Source: Patescibacteria group bacterium (GTDB taxonomy: Bacteria > Patescibacteriota > Microgenomatia > Levybacterales > GWA1-39-11). From it: a stretch of DNA of 64,000 bases. Below, in pieces: positions 1-8,526 of this stretch; the stretch's first letter is position 1; the number at the start of each line of letters is the position of its first letter. The DNA is taken from the NCBI GenBank assembly GCA_035549315.1, contig DASZRC010000026.1, positions 988 through 64,987 on the forward strand. The letters are read 5' to 3'. Made by a program: the position numbers and the translations under genes. The notes beneath the pieces were generated by a model. That model had not been told where the DNA came from, did no database searches, and saw only the letters and a program-made list of their open reading frames with translations.

Positions 1-753
1 CTCTATGCTTCTTGTTTTTGATAGCATTACAACATTCGGAAGTGAAATCAGCCAATTAATTGCAATTTGGGCAGGTGTAGCACTATATTTCTGAGCCATT
101 TCATCTAGGATGTGCCCCTTTTCTGTAAGTAGCACGCTTTTTTGAAGTGGTCTCCAAGCGATAAACATAACATCATTTTGTTGGCAGTATTCAAGGAGTC
201 CCCTTCTTTGTGCTTCTCTGTATTTAAGGTTAAGATGAAGTTGATTAGCGACAATTTTACTATTTGTATAAGACTGTGCCTCCTTAAGTTCTTCTACATT
301 AAAATTACTTACTCCTACATTTCTAATTAGCCCCTCGTTCATTAATGTGTCCATCGCTCTCATAGTTTCTTTAACTGGAATTTCAGGATTGTATCTATGA
401 GCAAGATATAAATCTAGGTAAGGAGTATCAATTCTTTTAAGACTTTCTTTTGCAGCATGAATCATGTCATCATATGCAAGGTGGTCAGCATGAGCTTTTG
501 AAACAATAAATAATTTAGATCTTTCATATCCCTTAATTGCTCTTCCTACTAAAGTTTCTGCATAACCTTGAGCATAACTTTCTGCCGTATCAATATGGGT
601 GATACCTAAATCTATTGCGGCTTTTATTGCTTGAATATCTGCTTCGTCATCATTATCAGGATTGCGTGTTTCTCGTCCACCCATTTGCCAAGTTCCCAGT
701 CCATAAACGGGTATTTCAAAACCACTTTTTAATTTCTTTGTGGGGATTATCAT
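1..753 (-). CDS. aldo/keto reductase family oxidoreductase. Its C-terminal end runs off the window start.
   Basis: Translating the minus strand from the ATG at 753 gives MIIPTKKLKSGFEIPVYGLGTWQMGG...HIDTAESY...LDLYLAHR...SNF..., which carries AKR signature blocks. No stop is reached before position 1. It is not in the ORF track because it is truncated at the edge. Confidence 0.75.
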   Translation of the reverse strand, partial: MIIPTKKLKSGFEIPVYGLGTWQMGGRETRNPDNDDEADIQAIKAAIDLGITHIDTAESYAQGYAETLVGRAIKGYERSKLFIVSKAHADHLAYDDMIHAAKESLKRIDTPYLDLYLAHRYNPEIPVKETMRAMDTLMNEGLIRNVGVSNFNVEELKEAQSYTNSKIVANQLHLNLKYREAQRRGLLEYCQQNDVMFIAWRPLQKSVLLTEKGHILDEMAQKYSATPAQIAINWLISLPNVVMLSKTRSIE

Positions 754-886
754 GAGGTAATTATAGCACCAAAAGTACAAAGTATAATCGAGACCTTAAA
801 AACTTTCTAAACTTTATAACTTCTCAAACTATCATTGGGAATTAGAATCCAGTTGTTAATAAATATATAAAAGCTATACTAGGGAT

Positions 887-1768
887 ATGCAACGGAAAAT
901 ACTTGATCACTATCTTGAATATGGGATGTTTACTTATCCAGGACTTTATGAAGATTATTTCAAATCTTTACCAAATAATATTAGGGAGATTGGATACCTT
1001 TTGAGATGGTCTTTTATTCATAGGACTACTTTAGATGCTGGAAATAAATTCACAAATTCTGATTTGAAGTTCGGAGATATGAAAAAAGTACCATGGCACA
1101 GACAGGCTGAGGACGATAATTTAACAACAGCAGTAGCCATAATTGCGGAACTTTTTAGAAGAGATAGTAAAGGACTTACAAAAGAGAGGTTGGTTGAAGA
1201 TAAAGTTGTATTGACTTGCCGTCATATAGCTGTTCTTTTTGCCTCCATCCTAAAAGCCAAGGGAACACCCGTAAGAGTCCGTTCTGGCTTTGCAGGATAC
1301 TGGCCATGGGCAAAAGTAAGTGGAGACCATTGGATCAGCCAATACTGGGATAAGAAAAAAGAACGATGGGTTAATGTGGATATTGATGGGAGCTTCCACG
1401 ATACGGGGTTCGATATGTATGATATTCCCGATGGAAAATTTGAGTTTTCGGCAAACGCTTGGCTTGATGTTAGACAGAATAAAGTAGACGGTAAGCATTT
1501 TTTGAATGGGGACGGAACTCATGGACTAGTTGTTATAGCTTGGGAATTATTCTACGATTTTCATTGTCTTATGAACAATGAAATAATATACCTTCATCAT
1601 CCCCAGATAGCCACATATCAAGCATTCAAAAAACTGACAGAAAGTAAGCTACAGGAAATAGATCAGCTAGCAACCCTTATGCTAAATCCTGATGATAATT
1701 TTGAAAAACTGCAAAAGATTTGGGAAACAAATAAAGAATTTAGACTTCTAAAAGGCGGTTTGTTGTAA
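887..1768 (+). CDS. transglutaminase-like domain protein (putative Cys-His-Asp core)
   Basis: LTCRHIAVLFASIL (Cys) ... GDHWISQYWD (His) ... WVNVD (Asp), with spacing typical of the transglutaminase-like superfamily. Confidence 0.5.
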   Translation: MQRKILDHYLEYGMFTYPGLYEDYFKSLPNNIREIGYLLRWSFIHRTTLDAGNKFTNSDLKFGDMKKVPWHRQAEDDNLTTAVAIIAELFRRDSKGLTKERLVEDKVVLTCRHIAVLFASILKAKGTPVRVRSGFAGYWPWAKVSGDHWISQYWDKKKERWVNVDIDGSFHDTGFDMYDIPDGKFEFSANAWLDVRQNKVDGKHFLNGDGTHGLVVIAWELFYDFHCLMNNEIIYLHHPQIATYQAFKKLTESKLQEIDQLATLMLNPDDNFEKLQKIWETNKEFRLLKGGLL

Positions 1769-1770
1769 AT

Positions 1771-1786
1771 GACCAAAAGGTATTCC
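1771..1786. repeat. degenerate third copy of the tRNA-Glu 3'-end / att-like repeat (gaccaaaaggtattcc)
   Basis: Matches gacccaaaggtattcg at 2858-2873. That segment is itself a degenerate copy of the tRNA 3' half, cgaagtgaccccaatggaattcgaat. Confidence 0.35.
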
Positions 1787-1933
1787 CCGGGCGGAGCCAA
1801 GTCGGACTCGGTGACCCATCGTGTGACAGCACGGAATTACGTAATTCCTGAACTCATAAAACTTCACCGTTTGTTTGGTGAAGATGTATCAAGGCTAGGA
1901 TTTCAATCTCCATCCCCCCAATAGGTAATAGAA

Positions 1934-2830
1934 CTATGCAGATGCTTTTCCTAGTGTTGCCCAAACGATATTAGAAGTAATTGAACCACGCGCTTCTTCT
2001 AGTTCCATTTCCTTTGTTTCAGACTCTACTACTTTAAGACCAATATCTTGAAGCATATCTGTTTTCAACCATCCTCCAGTTGCTTCAAATAGTGGATTCC
2101 TATCAATAGTTCCTAAATCATTCAACAAAATTAAACCATCTTTGCTCAATTTGCTGGAAATATTTGCTAATGCTAACATTTGTCCACTCATCGGTAAATG
2201 ATACAATACATTTGTGCAATCAACGAAATCATATTCATCATTACCAATGTCTGCAATTGCTATATCCTCCTGAATTAACTTAATGTTTCCTGAATTAACT
2301 TTTTGCCCAAAGGTATGTGGGATTTCTGCTGCATGGATACCAACTCTCATATAGTATTCTGGTGGGAAAGTAATATCAGTATATCCGAAAACCAATCCCT
2401 CTTCCCCTTCATGGAGAACCCTATCTACTTGATGTGTCCATGATAAATAATCTTCCCAACAGCTTTTAGTTGATGGCAATTCCTGCATGCTAATAGAGGT
2501 TAGGTAAAGACTTTTTCTATTTTTAACTTCGGAAATTGCCTCTTCGGAAATATCAACAACCGACATATTGTAGTTCACGCCTTGTGACTCTAGGAATCCA
2601 GAGATAACGAAAGGAGAGTAGGTGCATACTAATGGATTCTCGTCCCCACCTTTATAACCTATTCCAACGAGTAATATGTTGGGAGTTTTATTTATTGGCA
2701 ATACCCTTTCACGCAAAACATCTATTGATTTTTGAGCTCTGCCAAAATTTGTTTCAACTCTGATTGGAGTATCAGCATTTGTTTGGTATTGTTCTCTTGC
2801 TGCGACTAACCAGCCTACTTCAGGTGACAT
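1934..2830 (-). CDS. hypothetical protein, possible class I SAM-dependent methyltransferase
   Basis: NILLVGIGYKGG is glycine-rich and motif-I-like. MSVVDISEE is an acidic post-I. YDFVDCTNVLYHL...DGLILL resembles motifs II/III. Assignment is weak and by eye only. Confidence 0.4.
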   Translation of the reverse strand: MSPEVGWLVAAREQYQTNADTPIRVETNFGRAQKSIDVLRERVLPINKTPNILLVGIGYKGGDENPLVCTYSPFVISGFLESQGVNYNMSVVDISEEAISEVKNRKSLYLTSISMQELPSTKSCWEDYLSWTHQVDRVLHEGEEGLVFGYTDITFPPEYYMRVGIHAAEIPHTFGQKVNSGNIKLIQEDIAIADIGNDEYDFVDCTNVLYHLPMSGQMLALANISSKLSKDGLILLNDLGTIDRNPLFEATGGWLKTDMLQDIGLKVVESETKEMELEEARGSITSNIVWATLGKASA

Positions 2831-2853
2831 GCTGGGAATTATATCACAGGCAC

Positions 2854-2877
2854 GAAAGACCCAAAGGTATTCGAATT
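2854..2877. repeat. degenerate direct copy of the tRNA-Glu 3' half (acceptor 3' strand + T-arm)
   Basis: cgaaagacccaaaggtattcgaatt versus the tRNA region cgaagtgaccccaatggaattcgaatc. The order and orientation are the same. Confidence 0.45.
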
Positions 2878-2930
2878 AATTTAGCCTTAAAATTAGAGCA
2901 GTTTTTAGAAGAGTATAATATTTAGCTTCG

Positions 2931-2949
2931 AGTGACCCCAATGGAATTC
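2931..2949. repeat. 19-bp perfect direct repeat of the tRNA-Glu 3' end (att-like)
   Basis: agtgaccccaatggaattc at 2931-2949 is identical to 3328-3346, which covers the tRNA 3' acceptor strand, the discriminator and half of the T-stem. Confidence 0.65.
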
Positions 2950-3329
2950 CCTTCAGCTCTCCTTCGGCTGCGCTCAGAATCGTTCAGGGTAAACTCAACT
3001 ATTCAAATTTCCTAAGAGGTCTTCAGCAACTTCAGTGCATGTATTTATTCCAATTTTTCCATCAACTAACATTTGTTTCTTTGCGTGAGACCAGCCTTTA
3101 AATTGTTTTTCTCTTTTTGCAGCTTCATATTTGTTTTCATATCTCTCTGCATAAACTAGTTTGAAATCAGAAAACTTTTTAGTAGAAATATTTTGTTTGT
3201 TTTTGTGCTGCGAGAATCTTTGAGAAAGTTGATCAGTAATTCCAACATAAAATGTTTTCTGATCGCAAAGAAGCATATATACAAACCACATGTTAGTTTT
3301 ATACTGTGCTTGCACTGAGCTTGCCGAAG
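2950..3329 (-). mobile_element. small insertion carrying a free-standing GIY-YIG endonuclease gene between tRNA-Glu and a duplicate of its 3' end
   Basis: Bounded by the tRNA 3' end (3330) and the 19-bp direct repeat (2931-2949). The only gene inside is GIY-YIG. Confidence 0.4.
2995..3291 (-). CDS. GIY-YIG nuclease family protein (small UPF0213-like)
   Basis: MWFVYMLLCDQKTFYVGITDQLSQRFSQH...KLVYAERYENKYEAAKREKQFKGW carries the GIY...YIG...R...H...E motifs. The track ORF 2995..3387 extends 32 codons upstream across the tRNA, so I start the gene at Met33. Confidence 0.7.
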   Translation of the reverse strand: MWFVYMLLCDQKTFYVGITDQLSQRFSQHKNKQNISTKKFSDFKLVYAERYENKYEAAKREKQFKGWSHAKKQMLVDGKIGINTCTEVAEDLLGNLNS

Positions 3330-3401
3330 TGACCCCAATGGAATTCGAATCCATGTTTTCAGGATGAGAACCTGATGTCCTAACCACTAGACTATGGGGC
3401 C
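3330..3401 (-). tRNA. tRNA-Glu(CUC)
   Basis: Minus-strand reading: GGCCCCA-TA-GTCT-AGTGGTTA-GGAC-A-TCAGG-TTCTCAT-CCTGA-AAAC-ATGGA-TTCGAAT-TCCAT-TGGGGTC-A. This is a 72-nt cloverleaf. Acceptor is 7 bp with one G-U, D-stem 4 bp, anticodon stem 5 bp, T-stem 5 bp and T-loop TTCGAAT. Anticodon is CTC with A37. CCA is not encoded. Confidence 0.8.
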
Positions 3402-3519
3402 TTAATTAATTTTTCAATCGCCTTCCGGCTCTTTAGAGATTTTAAATAATATTCCCTCTTTTTAGCTTCAGAGTTAGTATTATACGTCTCCTTATATATT
3501 AGCTCAAATGGTCCAATAT

Positions 3520-3580
3520 TAAAATTCAAAATTTAAAATTCTAAATAAGAATTAAGAATTAGAAATTAAGAATTACTTAT
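3520..3580. repeat. AT-rich tandem heptamer-like repeat (aattaag/aagaatt units) in a divergent intergenic region
   Basis: aaaattcaaaatttaaaattctaaataagaattaagaattagaaattaagaattac lies between the tRNA-Glu (minus strand) and malQ (+). Confidence 0.4.
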
Positions 3581-3670
3581 GTATTTTACCTTAAATTGAG
3601 GCTCGAACTCAAGCTATGTCAAGATAAATAGCAACCACTCTTAATTTCTTTCCCCTCTCTTACACTCCAA

Positions 3671-5086
3671 ATGATATGCTTTTCAATATTTATGAAGACT
3701 GGTAAGAAGATTATTGGGACTTTTGTACCCATCGGTTCACTTTTAAGCAATAAGCTGCCCAAAAATAAAAGAGGAACTTTTGAAGAGGGTCTTATATTTT
3801 TAGATTGGTTAAAAAAGACTAATCAATCTGCATGGCAATTTCTTCCTCTACATGAAACATATCTTAAACCTGGCTCAACAAATAAACATTCTTCCTCTCC
3901 ATATGATGGGTATAGTATAGGGTTTGACCCTATTTATCTCCCAAAATCTTATAAAAATATTACGCCAACAGATAGAGAAAAAAGTAACTTTGTTAAAGAA
4001 AATAAATCATGGATTTTGGATTATGCATTATTCTGCGCATTAAGGGATCATTTTAAAACAGATGATTGGAAAAAGTGGAAAGACAAATTAAGAAACCGTG
4101 ATAGGAGAGAATTAAAGATATGGGAGAAAAAACTAAAAAAAGAAATTAATAAATACATTATTATGCAATGGCAATTAAATAAAGCCTTTATTGAACTAAA
4201 AGCTAAGTCAAAAAAGCTAGGAATAATATTGATCGGCGACATGCCTTTTTATGTATCTAGAAAAAGTCCGTTGGTATGGGCAAACCAAAATGTTTTTAAT
4301 TTGGAAGATGATGGTAGTCTAAATTATGTATCGGGAGTAATTTCTGATGATCCAATGTTTGGTAGACAAGTTTGGGGTCATCCTTTATACAATTGGGATG
4401 ATAAAAAAAGACACAAAGAGATTATAGGTTTTTGGAAGAACAGAGTAGAATATGCCTCAAAATATTTTGACATCGTAAGAATAGATCATGCAATTGCATT
4501 TTTTGATTATGGAAAAATGCACAAAGAAAATGAGGATAAAGATATTCAAAAAAAAGGACCAGGGGAAAAGATTTTTAGAAATATTATTAACTTTGGGCGC
4601 AAACATAACCTTTCATTCTTTGTTGAAGATCAGGGAGACAATGTAGAAGACTTACGTAAAGCAATGAAAAAGTTAAAAGTTCCCGGTATTAAGATTTTGA
4701 GGATGGGAATTTTGGAAAAAGAAAATAAATTTGATGAACAACATTTAAATCCTAAAAAGTATGGGAAAAATACAGTTGCCTATACAACAACACATGATAC
4801 GGAAACTCTTTTGGGTTTCCTATCTATTATTGATGATAAGCAAAAGAGAGCTTTGGTAGAGGCCTCTAACTTACCATACGAAAGGGATGATAATAAATTA
4901 TTAGTTCACCTTAGGAATTCTGTTATTAACTCTCCTGCAAAAACTGTAATTATTCCTATTCAAGATTTTTTAGGAATTAAGGACAGGATAAACGTTCCCG
5001 GCACTACGGAATCAAGTAATAATAAAAATTGGAAGTTTAGAATACCTCTCCCCATAGAAGAATTGCCTACCAATATTTTTAGTTAA
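3671..5086 (+). CDS. malQ: 4-alpha-glucanotransferase (amylomaltase, GH77)
   Basis: WQFLPLHET...SPYDGYSIGFDPIYL...GDMPFYVSRKSPLVWANQNVF...RIDHAIAFFDY are GH77 blocks. The true start may be Met8 at 3692. Confidence 0.75.
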   Translation: MICFSIFMKTGKKIIGTFVPIGSLLSNKLPKNKRGTFEEGLIFLDWLKKTNQSAWQFLPLHETYLKPGSTNKHSSSPYDGYSIGFDPIYLPKSYKNITPTDREKSNFVKENKSWILDYALFCALRDHFKTDDWKKWKDKLRNRDRRELKIWEKKLKKEINKYIIMQWQLNKAFIELKAKSKKLGIILIGDMPFYVSRKSPLVWANQNVFNLEDDGSLNYVSGVISDDPMFGRQVWGHPLYNWDDKKRHKEIIGFWKNRVEYASKYFDIVRIDHAIAFFDYGKMHKENEDKDIQKKGPGEKIFRNIINFGRKHNLSFFVEDQGDNVEDLRKAMKKLKVPGIKILRMGILEKENKFDEQHLNPKKYGKNTVAYTTTHDTETLLGFLSIIDDKQKRALVEASNLPYERDDNKLLVHLRNSVINSPAKTVIIPIQDFLGIKDRINVPGTTESSNNKNWKFRIPLPIEELPTNIFS

Positions 5087-5847
5087 GTATTTCCTAACAA
5101 ATTTTGACATACCTTGCAGTAGAAGCTTTTTCTTTTAAACTTTCCGGTAGTTTCCCATGTAACTTTCCCACCACAATTTGGGCAAATACTTTTTCTATAG
5201 ATTTTTAAGTTCTTTTTTAATTCATATTTTTTTCTCAGTTCGCAGAACAGTTTTGAAAAATTTACAGACGTATTAATTAGCTCTTTTATTTTTGCATCCT
5301 CCAGGTTTGAGATTTTTTCCTTAGGGTTTAGTCTTGTTAAAAAAAGAACTTCATTCTTTATTATGTTTCCCACACCTGCAAATATTGTCTGGTCAAGCAA
5401 AACATCATCAATTTCTTCATCCTCCTGATCCTTAATTTGTTGAAACGCTTTGTCCGGATCAAATTTTTTAGACATGATGCTTATTGAATAGTCGTAGTCC
5501 CTTTTCAGATTACTGGTTTCAAATATCTTTATGGAGCAATTAAAAAAAGTTATGTCACCATTATCAAATTCAAATTTAAGCCGGGGAGTTTGAGATTTCT
5601 TATAGTCCCCCGTTATTGACGAGCCGTTAATATTTGCTTCAAATGTTCCGTAGAGTAAGAAATGTATACGCATAGCAAAATCATCAAATTGGAAGACTAG
5701 GTGTTTTCCCCAAGAAAATATATCAATAACTATTTTGTTAGTAAACCTTTCTTTTCCAACTTTTGTGTTTCCGCTAACTATTTTTATTTTCTTACCCTTA
5801 AAAAGGATTAATTGTTCTTCTGCTAAAAATAATGAGGGACCTTCCAT
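5083..5847 (-). CDS. Fpg/Nei family DNA glycosylase (formamidopyrimidine-DNA glycosylase / endonuclease VIII-like)
   Basis: N-terminal MEGPSLFLAEEQL is a PE(L/G)PE-type catalytic N-terminus. The C-terminal zinc finger is CPNCGGKV...FYCKVCQ. Confidence 0.7.
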   Translation of the reverse strand: MEGPSLFLAEEQLILFKGKKIKIVSGNTKVGKERFTNKIVIDIFSWGKHLVFQFDDFAMRIHFLLYGTFEANINGSSITGDYKKSQTPRLKFEFDNGDITFFNCSIKIFETSNLKRDYDYSISIMSKKFDPDKAFQQIKDQEDEEIDDVLLDQTIFAGVGNIIKNEVLFLTRLNPKEKISNLEDAKIKELINTSVNFSKLFCELRKKYELKKNLKIYRKSICPNCGGKVTWETTGKFKRKSFYCKVCQNLLGNT

Positions 5848-5848
5848 T

Positions 5849-6571
5849 TTAAAACATGTTTTTTAGTTCCAGTGCATTTTTTGTTGCGTACCCTCCATTA
5901 TCATTATTGAAAAATGCGAAAACTTCTTTATCTTTGGAATACTTATTTATTTTTTTTGACCAATTCAAAAGTTCTGACTTTGAATAGCCGGAAGAGTATA
6001 AACCTTTTGGTCCATGAAATCTTATGTAGACTAATTTATTCCCCGGGAGTTCTATTTCCGGAAATTTAGATGATTGGGAAATAACAAGTGTCGAATTGTT
6101 TTTGCCGAGTAGTTTTTCTACTTTTTCTACAAACCATCCCTTTTCTCTAAATTCAAAAGCATGTTTTATGTTTTGGGGTAAGATCTCTAAAAAGTATTTT
6201 AGACGTTCAAAGTGCTCCACACTATAAGAGAAGTTAGCTGGAAATTGCCACAAAACAACTTTTAACTTTTCTTGTAGAGGCTTGGCATTTTCAAAAAATA
6301 AACTTACCGAGTCTTCTATGTTTTTAAGTTTTTTGAGCTGTGTTATATATCTATGCCCCTTAATTACAAAGTTAAAATCTTTTGGTGTTTCCAGATACCA
6401 ATTTTGGTAAGTTTTAGGTTTTACTGTAACGTAGAAGCTGTTATTTATTTCAACCGTATTAAAAATGCCAGAATAGTAGGGCAACCATTTTTTTTGAGGT
6501 AAGTCGTCAGGATAAAAGCTACCCTTCCATTCACGGTAGTTATATCCAGATGTGCCAATGTATATTTTCAT
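5849..6571 (-). CDS. DUF72 (UPF0759/YecE-like) family protein
   Basis: MKIYIGTSGYNYREWKGSFYP...YSGIFNTVEINNSFY is the DUF72 signature. Start is set at Met10 so the gene abuts the upstream one. Confidence 0.7.
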   Translation of the reverse strand: MKIYIGTSGYNYREWKGSFYPDDLPQKKWLPYYSGIFNTVEINNSFYVTVKPKTYQNWYLETPKDFNFVIKGHRYITQLKKLKNIEDSVSLFFENAKPLQEKLKVVLWQFPANFSYSVEHFERLKYFLEILPQNIKHAFEFREKGWFVEKVEKLLGKNNSTLVISQSSKFPEIELPGNKLVYIRFHGPKGLYSSGYSKSELLNWSKKINKYSKDKEVFAFFNNDNGGYATKNALELKNMF

Positions 6572-6572
6572 G

Positions 6573-7415
6573 TCATCCATTAACAGGATGGCCACCATTT
6601 ATATGTATAGTTTGTCCTGTGATATAGGAGGAATCACTTGATGCTAAAAACAAAAAGCCGGTTGCTACTTCATAGGGCTGGCCGGGTCTACCAAGTGGAG
6701 TATCTTTCCCAAAATCTTTAAGTTTGTCTTGCGGAAAAGTTGAATAAACAAGTGGGGTCCATATAGGTCCTGGAGCAACTGCATTTACTCTTATACCCTT
6801 TTTTGCTAGATTTTGAGATAGCGACCTTGTAAAGCTAACTATTGCCCCCTTGGTAGAAGAATAATCTATAAGTTGTTCCCGCCCTTGGTATGCAACAACA
6901 GAAGCAGTATTTATTATTGAGCTACCGGGTTTTAAATATTTTAATGCTGCTTGAGTCATAAAAAACATAGAAAAAATGTTTGTCCTAAAAGTTTTGATAA
7001 GTTGTTCTTCTGATATCTCTTCTATGTTTTCCTTTGAGTGTTGTTCGCCGGCATTATTAACTACAATATCTAGAGCTTTAAATTTATCAACAGTTTTGCT
7101 AATTGCATCATCGCAGAAATCCTTATTCCCAACATCCCCCTTTATTAAGATGCAGTCAACACCAAGCTTTTCAATTGTTTTTTTTGTTTCCTCCGCATCT
7201 TCATCTGACTCGTTATAAACTATGGAAATTTTTGCTCCTTCTTTTGCAAATAAGATGGCTGTAGCCTTTCCTATTCCGCTATCTCCGCCTGTAACAATCG
7301 CAACTTTACCCAACAACTTTTTTATTTCACGGTAATCAGGATCAACACTAATTGGTTTGGGATTCATATCCAATTCTTTTCCGGGAGATTTTTGTGGTGG
7401 ATTATCTTGATTCAT
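6573..7415 (-). CDS. SDR family NAD(P)-dependent oxidoreductase (YghA-like)
   Basis: VAIVTGGDSGIGKA (TGxxxGxG), NNAG, and YSSTKGA (YxxxK). Start is set at Met16 so it does not overlap the DUF3072 gene. Confidence 0.75.
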   Translation of the reverse strand: MNQDNPPQKSPGKELDMNPKPISVDPDYREIKKLLGKVAIVTGGDSGIGKATAILFAKEGAKISIVYNESDEDAEETKKTIEKLGVDCILIKGDVGNKDFCDDAISKTVDKFKALDIVVNNAGEQHSKENIEEISEEQLIKTFRTNIFSMFFMTQAALKYLKPGSSIINTASVVAYQGREQLIDYSSTKGAIVSFTRSLSQNLAKKGIRVNAVAPGPIWTPLVYSTFPQDKLKDFGKDTPLGRPGQPYEVATGFLFLASSDSSYITGQTIHINGGHPVNG

Positions 7416-7416
7416 A

Positions 7417-7635
7417 TTAATTGGTTTGTCCACGTCCGGTAATTTTCTGAAGCTCTTCAATTTTTTCTGCAGCTTGCGCTTTAGTCATACCCTTCACGTC
7501 TGTCTCTACCCCTGCCTCTTGACTCATAGTTTCGATATATGAGATTTGTGCGCCTGTTGCACGCTCTTCGCCTGTTTTCCAATCTTCAGGGTCCTTTCTG
7601 GTATTATCCGGTAATTTATTTGATTGATTTAACAT
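7417..7635 (-). CDS. DUF3072 domain protein
   Basis: DPEDWKTGEERATGAQISYIETMSQEAG matches the DUF3072 pattern. Confidence 0.55.
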   Translation of the reverse strand: MLNQSNKLPDNTRKDPEDWKTGEERATGAQISYIETMSQEAGVETDVKGMTKAQAAEKIEELQKITGRGQTN

Positions 7636-7749
7636 AAGTCTAATTTAGACCAACCAAATAATATATTGGTAAAACTTAGGTAAGAATATGACAAAAATGA
7701 ACGAAAGTTATTGTAATAGTAATTAAATTTACCTATACTTGTGATAGAT

Positions 7750-8520
7750 ATGAGGGCAATTTGGTCAGGTTCAATAAATTTTGGATTAGTCAATATTCCG
7801 GTTAGGTTATTTCCGGCTACAGAAGACAAAAATATAGACTTTGACTATTTACATAAAAAAGATTTATCAAGAATTCGTTATGCAAAGTTTTGTGAAAAAG
7901 AAGATAAGGAAGTTGAATACAAGGATATAGTTCGGGGTTTTGAATATCGTGAAGGTGACTATGTAGTTGTAACAGATGAAGATATTAAAAGAGCAAGTCC
8001 GGAAAAAACAGACTCAATCCAAATTTTAAGTTTTGCTAAGGTAGATCAGATTGATACTCAATATTTTGACACGCCATATTATATTGAGCCGGTTAAATCC
8101 GCGCAAAAGGCCTACTATTTATTGTATGAGTCACTTAAAGAGACTAAGACAGTTGGAGTTGCAAGTTTTATCTTAAGAACTCGTGAATCCCTTGCTGTTT
8201 TAAAACCACATTCCAATATGATTATTCTTAACAAGATAAGGTTTAGTGAAGAGATAAGAAGTCATAAGGAATTATCAATTCCTGACAATGAAAGGGTTTC
8301 AAAAGCAGAAATAGAAATGGCAACTTCATTAATTGAGAAATTAACAAAACCTTTTGATCCGGAAGACTACAAGGATACCTATAGAGATAAATTGGAGAAG
8401 TTAATACTTAAGAAAGCAAAGGGAGAAAAACTTCCCGAGCTTAAAAAAGCAAAGCCGCCAGCAGATGTTAAGGATCTTATGTCACTTCTAAAAGAGAGCC
8501 TTAATAATCCATCCGCATAA
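7750..8520 (+). CDS. ku: Ku protein (NHEJ DNA end-binding)
   Basis: MRAIWSGSINFGLVNIPVRLFPA is the canonical bacterial Ku N-terminus. The track ORF begins at GTG 7741. Confidence 0.8.
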   Translation: MRAIWSGSINFGLVNIPVRLFPATEDKNIDFDYLHKKDLSRIRYAKFCEKEDKEVEYKDIVRGFEYREGDYVVVTDEDIKRASPEKTDSIQILSFAKVDQIDTQYFDTPYYIEPVKSAQKAYYLLYESLKETKTVGVASFILRTRESLAVLKPHSNMIILNKIRFSEEIRSHKELSIPDNERVSKAEIEMATSLIEKLTKPFDPEDYKDTYRDKLEKLILKKAKGEKLPELKKAKPPADVKDLMSLLKESLNNPSA

Positions 8521-8526
8521 GACCTG

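Noticed and set aside
2995-3387. Track ORF of 130 aa extending the GIY-YIG gene upstream
   Set aside because: Its first 32 codons run through the tRNA-Glu gene (3330-3401). The conserved GIY-YIG N-terminus begins at Met33 (3291).
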